A stretch of DNA of 64,000 bases from Macrostomum lignano (lineage: Eukaryota): the NCBI GenBank assembly GCA_002269645.1, contig NIVC01000201.1:248001-312000 (forward strand), given 5' to 3'. The notes beneath the pieces are model-generated. The model ran no database searches, had not been told where the DNA came from, and was given only the letters and a program-made list of their open reading frames with translations. The translations under genes were made by a program, and so were the position numbers. Shown piece after piece: positions 59,080 through 64,000 of the stretch. The number at the start of each line of letters is the position of its first letter. The first letter of the stretch is position 1.

Positions 59080-59960
59080 TCTAAGATGTCAGGGCTGGTA
59101 TGGAAAATTTCTGTGATATCAAGACTCATGGGAGAATTTCTAAGATCTCAAGGCTCAGCGGGAATTGCTATAATGATGTGATTCTGGGGAGAATTGCTTT
59201 GATTTCAAAGCTTGAGTTCAATTGCTGCGATGTCGATCTTAATGAGGGAATTTCTGAGATGTCAAGGCTTACTGAGGAATTATTGAGATTTCAAGGCTTA
59301 CTGGGCCATGGGCCAGATCAAGGCCCATGGGAGAAATTCGGAGATGTCTTGTCAAGGCTCAGAGGGAAATTCCTATACTGATGTGATTCTGGGCAGAATT
59401 GCTTTGATTTCAAAGTTCATTTGAGAAATTGCTGAGGTATCAAGGCTCATTAAAATTATTTGCTGTCAGGGCTCATGGAGATAATTTCTGGAATGCTGTG
59501 GCTCTTGGGGGAATTGCCGACATTGTTAGGGTAAGAGTAAGACGTAAACCATATAAATGAATAGGCCTGTCTAACATTAAATACTTATTGGGAATTGCTA
59601 AGTTGTCAAGGCTCATGGGGGGATATCCGAATTATAATGTGGCTCAATGCTCAGGGGGATTGTTGATTGCAGCACCTGCTCATATTGCCAAAATTTTTGT
59701 GGCTCAAATAGAGAGTTGTTGAGATATCAAGGCTCATTGGGGAATAGCTGAGATTTCAAAGCTCACGGGGGATCCCTGTAACTGTAATGCTGTGGGCTGT
59801 GACTCTTGGGTATTGCTGAGATACTAAGGTTCACAGGGGAATGGCTGAGATTTCAAAGGCTCCTAAAGGGAATAGCTGAAATTCAGGTAATGTCAAGGTT
59901 AATTGGGTAATTGTTGAAATGCTGTGGTTCATAGTGGGAATTGCTGAAATGCTGTGACTT
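59080..59960. repeat. Degenerate ~30-bp minisatellite (GGGAATTGCTGAGATGTCAAGGCTC family)
   Basis: Recurring TCAAGGCT and GCTGAGAT cores. Confidence 0.75.
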
Positions 59961-60019
59961 GGCAGGGTTAGGGTTCAATCATAAGACTCGTGTGAAAGTG
60001 CCAAGATATCAAAAGGTTA

Positions 60020-63000
60020 CCCACTAAAAAAGCTTGGTCGGATTCCGATCGGAAATGCAGCTCGGAAACCGAGTGGAAATTTGTCCCGGGAAATCCATTC
60101 GGATTCTGATCGGATTTGACGATCGGACTCATCCAGAGCTTTTCGTTTCACTTTCCGAGCTGATATAAATGACGAAGCACAAAGCGAGTACAAACATGCA
60201 TGTGCTACAATGTAGCCGAAGATCAGTGTACACGCAGTCACGCATGTACATTTAGACAGCCCGATCCCGTCTGAAAATTCAATGACACAAAGACCGGGTG
60301 TGCATCATTTTACATCAAATACAAAATTGCTCAATGGCAGCAGATGGAAAGGAATAATAAGTGTTTATTTAGTGTTTACAAAATAGAACATTGCAGCAAC
60401 GCGTGGTGGGCCACCAAAGCAGTCACTAATAGGGTGCAGGTTGGAGACAGTTCGACAAGTATTTTATAGTTGTTAGGTCAATTTGATTAGGCCTAGTGTA
60501 GTGCGGCTGAAAATGTTCTGTTAAAATTGCACTAAATATTTAATTGTTGCTATATAGTAACTATAGCAATTGCAAATAGCATTATTATGTTATTAATTTC
60601 TACTTTTTTGACCCTTGAAAATAAAGCAAATATTAATTATAAATTATTTTAATCGTTGTCTAATTAAAATATAATCGCACCAGTTTGAAAAGCGCGCTGC
60701 AATCGAGTGAACAATTGTAAGGCGCTGCGCTGCGAGTGAACTGAAGACGTTAAATTGCTGTAGTGAAACTGTTCAAATTCGCGGCCTTCAAACCCAGTTG
60801 TACTACACTAGCATTTCGGTCTCGGAGCAGTTAAAATTTAAGTTAGCGCGAAGTTTCGACGAAAGGGACAATTTTTTACTATGCCACCAAGTTACATATT
60901 TTCCTCGTCAGTGCTGTCGGATATGCGTTGCACTCGCATCGTCGAGCGACGCCTGCTTGGAGTGGGGGCGCCATGCCCGCCGGCCACGTCCGATTCAGCT
61001 GATCCCTCGTGGCTTCGACGCTTCCGGACGCCATCGAAGAACCGTTCGATTGCCTTATTGATGTCGTGCAGCGTAAATGAAGAGCCCAACGCGTCTGAAA
61101 TTTGACAATCACAACATAAGCAGGTTGTCAAGTCCACAACTGTTGACCTGAGAGAAATACATGTATGAATTACGGCATGAATACGTATGGTTATGGCAGT
61201 ACCCACCCCGTACATTTATCAGTACGTTGTATCAGACAGTATATCACTATTGATATCACTATTAAGAATCAACTCTGGTAATTGGTACATATGCGACAGT
61301 AAAGCATAACCTACCCTTCACAATCCCTCCAAAGCACTTGTCGAAAGACATCTTGGAGTTCTCTTGTTGGCCACGGCCTCGGGCATCCTTGCCGCCAGTG
61401 CGATTGAAGCGCTGCTGGAAGTCTCGCGCCAGAAGCTCGTTCATCGCATAGCGAACAGACTGAGTCACAGAAGGGCCCAGGCACTTTTTCTGAATGAACG
61501 AAGTCTAAAATTCACACATGAAAGCGTCTGGACCATTTCCCCGAGTCTACAGTACCGAAGTTCCGAACGCATGGTGGAAGTTTAATAGTAAGAGAAATGC
61601 TCATAAGATATTAACTAACCAGCGCAGTCTTGGCCTCCGCACTGGCAGAAATCTTCTCGACTGCACTGTTGAGGTCGGCCTCGTTTGCGACAGGAAGCCC
61701 GAATGGAATTTCGAGCGTGGGTGCCGCAGCAGCTCCCCGGAGACTGGACGACTCAATCGTGGCCTTTAGCTTCATGAGTTCGCGAATGCTCAAGAGCTGC
61801 AGACAGTAGAGCCCTGAATAATGAGTTGAAAGTTGCATAGTAAATTAACTTCAATTTACGTGCCAGTTCCAAGCTAGACGCTGTCGATTTCATCCACCTA
61901 GCTGTTCAAGCAACGAGTGTGCGCTGGTCACCAGTTACATTTTGCGGCTGTTGTCAACTACTGCTATCTCAGCGTCAATAACAATAACTCCATTACCTTC
62001 AACAGATCCCCACGTGTACCCACAAGCCTCAACCTGGCTTCTGGCTTGCGTTTCCAGCTGAGGCAGAGCTGAAAACTGTGGATTAAATTTTCGTTAGAAA
62101 CCGTGGCAAGTTCTGAAAAAAACTGTTGCAAGACTTCATGAAACGAGTTTTACAAATTACCTGCGCAGGCTGTCGCAGCTGTTCGCGCGAGAAGCTGGCT
62201 CTTGGGGCTGAAGTTGGAGTGCACGAAAACTGCCTAGACGGGTGTCGAGTAGGCGTCGAGCTTCCAGACGAATTGAGAGCTGCTTGAGGGTGCAGTCGCT
62301 CAAAGGCTGGGCTGTCGATCGACTGCGGTTCTGGTGGAGGTGCCATGGAGGTGCGGTTCTGAAGTTTCCTGACAGTGCTCTGCGCCATTGTGCCGTCGTA
62401 GGCCTGGGTTGGTAAAGAAATGATTAGAATAGATAATTTTTTTCTCAGCACGTTAATCTGTAACATAGTAGGAGAAATGATATACTCAACAGTAACCATA
62501 CACGCATTGAATGAGATGATGCAGACATAACAGAGGTGTATAGATATAAACATAACAATGTGATGTGTGACAACAAGCCGTCACGCTAGCCTGGCATTGG
62601 GGTGAGGTGAAGACAGTGTTAGATTAGAGAAATTAAAGAAAAGAATAAAATCCAAACTATTAAAACTGTCTCAATCATTTTGTAATATGTCTGGCAAACT
62701 GCCAAGTGCAATAATTTGAAATTAATAAGCATACTGTACTCCAAATGCATGAATACATAAAGACTATAAATGCTTGACATTTTTAAATAGACACAAATGT
62801 AAGCACGTACTTCTGCAATTCCCGAAGCTTGCAGAGTTGGCAGTGGAGGGAGGCAAACAACACCAGAAGACCCAGACAATGATTCACTTCTCTGTGTGGG
62901 ACCCCGGTTGGCTTGTCCATGGCTGGCTGCATCAGCAACCTACAATTATATTATTTTATATTTTATATTAACGCACGTGGCAGACCTTAGTTGTATACTA

Positions 63001-64000
63001 AATATTAAATTAAATATTATTTTACATTATACTTACAGCATCAATATCTGTTGCATCATTGTCTGTCTCAAGATTCTTCATAGGAGGAAATGTCTGTCTT
63101 TTGTTGGATCGAACACGATCTGGCAGAATTTTAGTAGCTTGCTTGGACGATAGTGCTTCTCTTTGACCACAGCTCGTAGCATGGCAACAGTGTCACTGGT
63201 GTCACAGGCATGTGGAACAACTTGCAAAACAATGCAATCTTCCAACTTGTCATTATATATTACCTGAATATGAACTTCTTCAAGTTTGTCCACTTGCCTC
63301 CATTGCTCAATAGTCCACTTAGTAAAAGAGCCAAGAAGGCAATCTTCCTCATCAGCTTCTATTACTTCATAGTCAGAGGTAAAATACACAATAAACTTCA
63401 TTGAGTCACTGCAACAAGATTACTGAACTAAAGTTTTATTATTTAATGATTTAGCAACTGCACAAGACACTGCATGTACTAAGAAGGACTATTTACTCAT
63501 TGTGGTGTAATGTTGGCCAAGCAGTAACTAAAGTTTTTACAGCATAATATGGCACATAACATGTAATTATTCCATTGGAACAAGTGAGTTACAAATTTAG
63601 AGGATACACAAAAAATGTTTATTGAATTGTTCATAGGGGCCTATTGCTACTTGCTAACTTACTAGTAGACAACTTGTCAAAATACATTTACACTAGAATT
63701 CTGCCACAAAAATCATAAATAGTCTGACTAGGACATTCACATTGAAGGACACATTACTTAAATAATACGTACTCATATTTGCAAGCACTTAGGAAGGTTA
63801 TAATAAAGCATAGAAATTATACAAAACAATAATAATTGTTTTTTGTAATAAAATTAATTAATAATAATAATAAAAATAATAATGATCATCTTATTTCATA
63901 CCATGATCCGAACAAATGCTTTAGTTTGTTAATGGCTATAATGGCTATACTACTTCAATATTATATAATATATATGGAATTATATATTTTTTTATTCTAG
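60020..64000. mobile_element. Third CACTA/EnSpm element, left end only (runs past the window)
   Basis: Starts CCCACTAAAAAAG with subterminal TCGGA/GATCGGA repeats (60037-60130) and carries DUF4806-like gene C; no partner TIR in the window. Confidence 0.65.
60892..63401 (-). pseudogene. DUF4806-like accessory gene C (multi-exon, apparently frameshifted in exon 1)
   Basis: The N-terminus MKFIVYFTSDYEVIE resembles gene A ([15 protein letters not shown]). Later exons read GLPVANEADLNSAVEKI, SVRYAMNELLARDFQQRFNRTGGK..KMSF and DINKAIERFFDGVRKR. GT/AG sites are seen for most exons. Confidence 0.7.

Overview
Eukaryotic (metazoan) genomic DNA dominated by repeats. The GC-rich codons, minisatellite-filled introns and RTE-like element resemble the flatworm Macrostomum (inference, not checked). 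One host gene is clear: PICK1 (+, 8 identified exons 4167-9846, first coding exon not located), and each of its long introns holds a different minisatellite. The rest is layered mobile DNA. A 15.9-kb CACTA/EnSpm element (14845-30698) sits in a 30-bp minisatellite. A second 9.4-kb CACTA element (18422-27839) with a near-intact transposase sits inside the first one's accessory gene. A decayed Maverick/Polinton (adintovirus-like) element at ~31.6-39.8 kb carries pPolB, dUTPase, PLA2, packaging ATPase, penton and GGFLP-protein remnants. Helitron remnants carry an OTU domain, with a nearby RPA70-like pseudogene. A 5'-inverted (twin-primed) RTE-like retrotransposon sits inside one Helitron. A cluster of small Helitrons shows CTAG|TC head-to-tail junctions, and a third CACTA element starts at 60020. 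No rRNA, intact tRNA or CRISPR array was found. All alignments were done by eye; family assignments rest on recalled motifs, not database searches.
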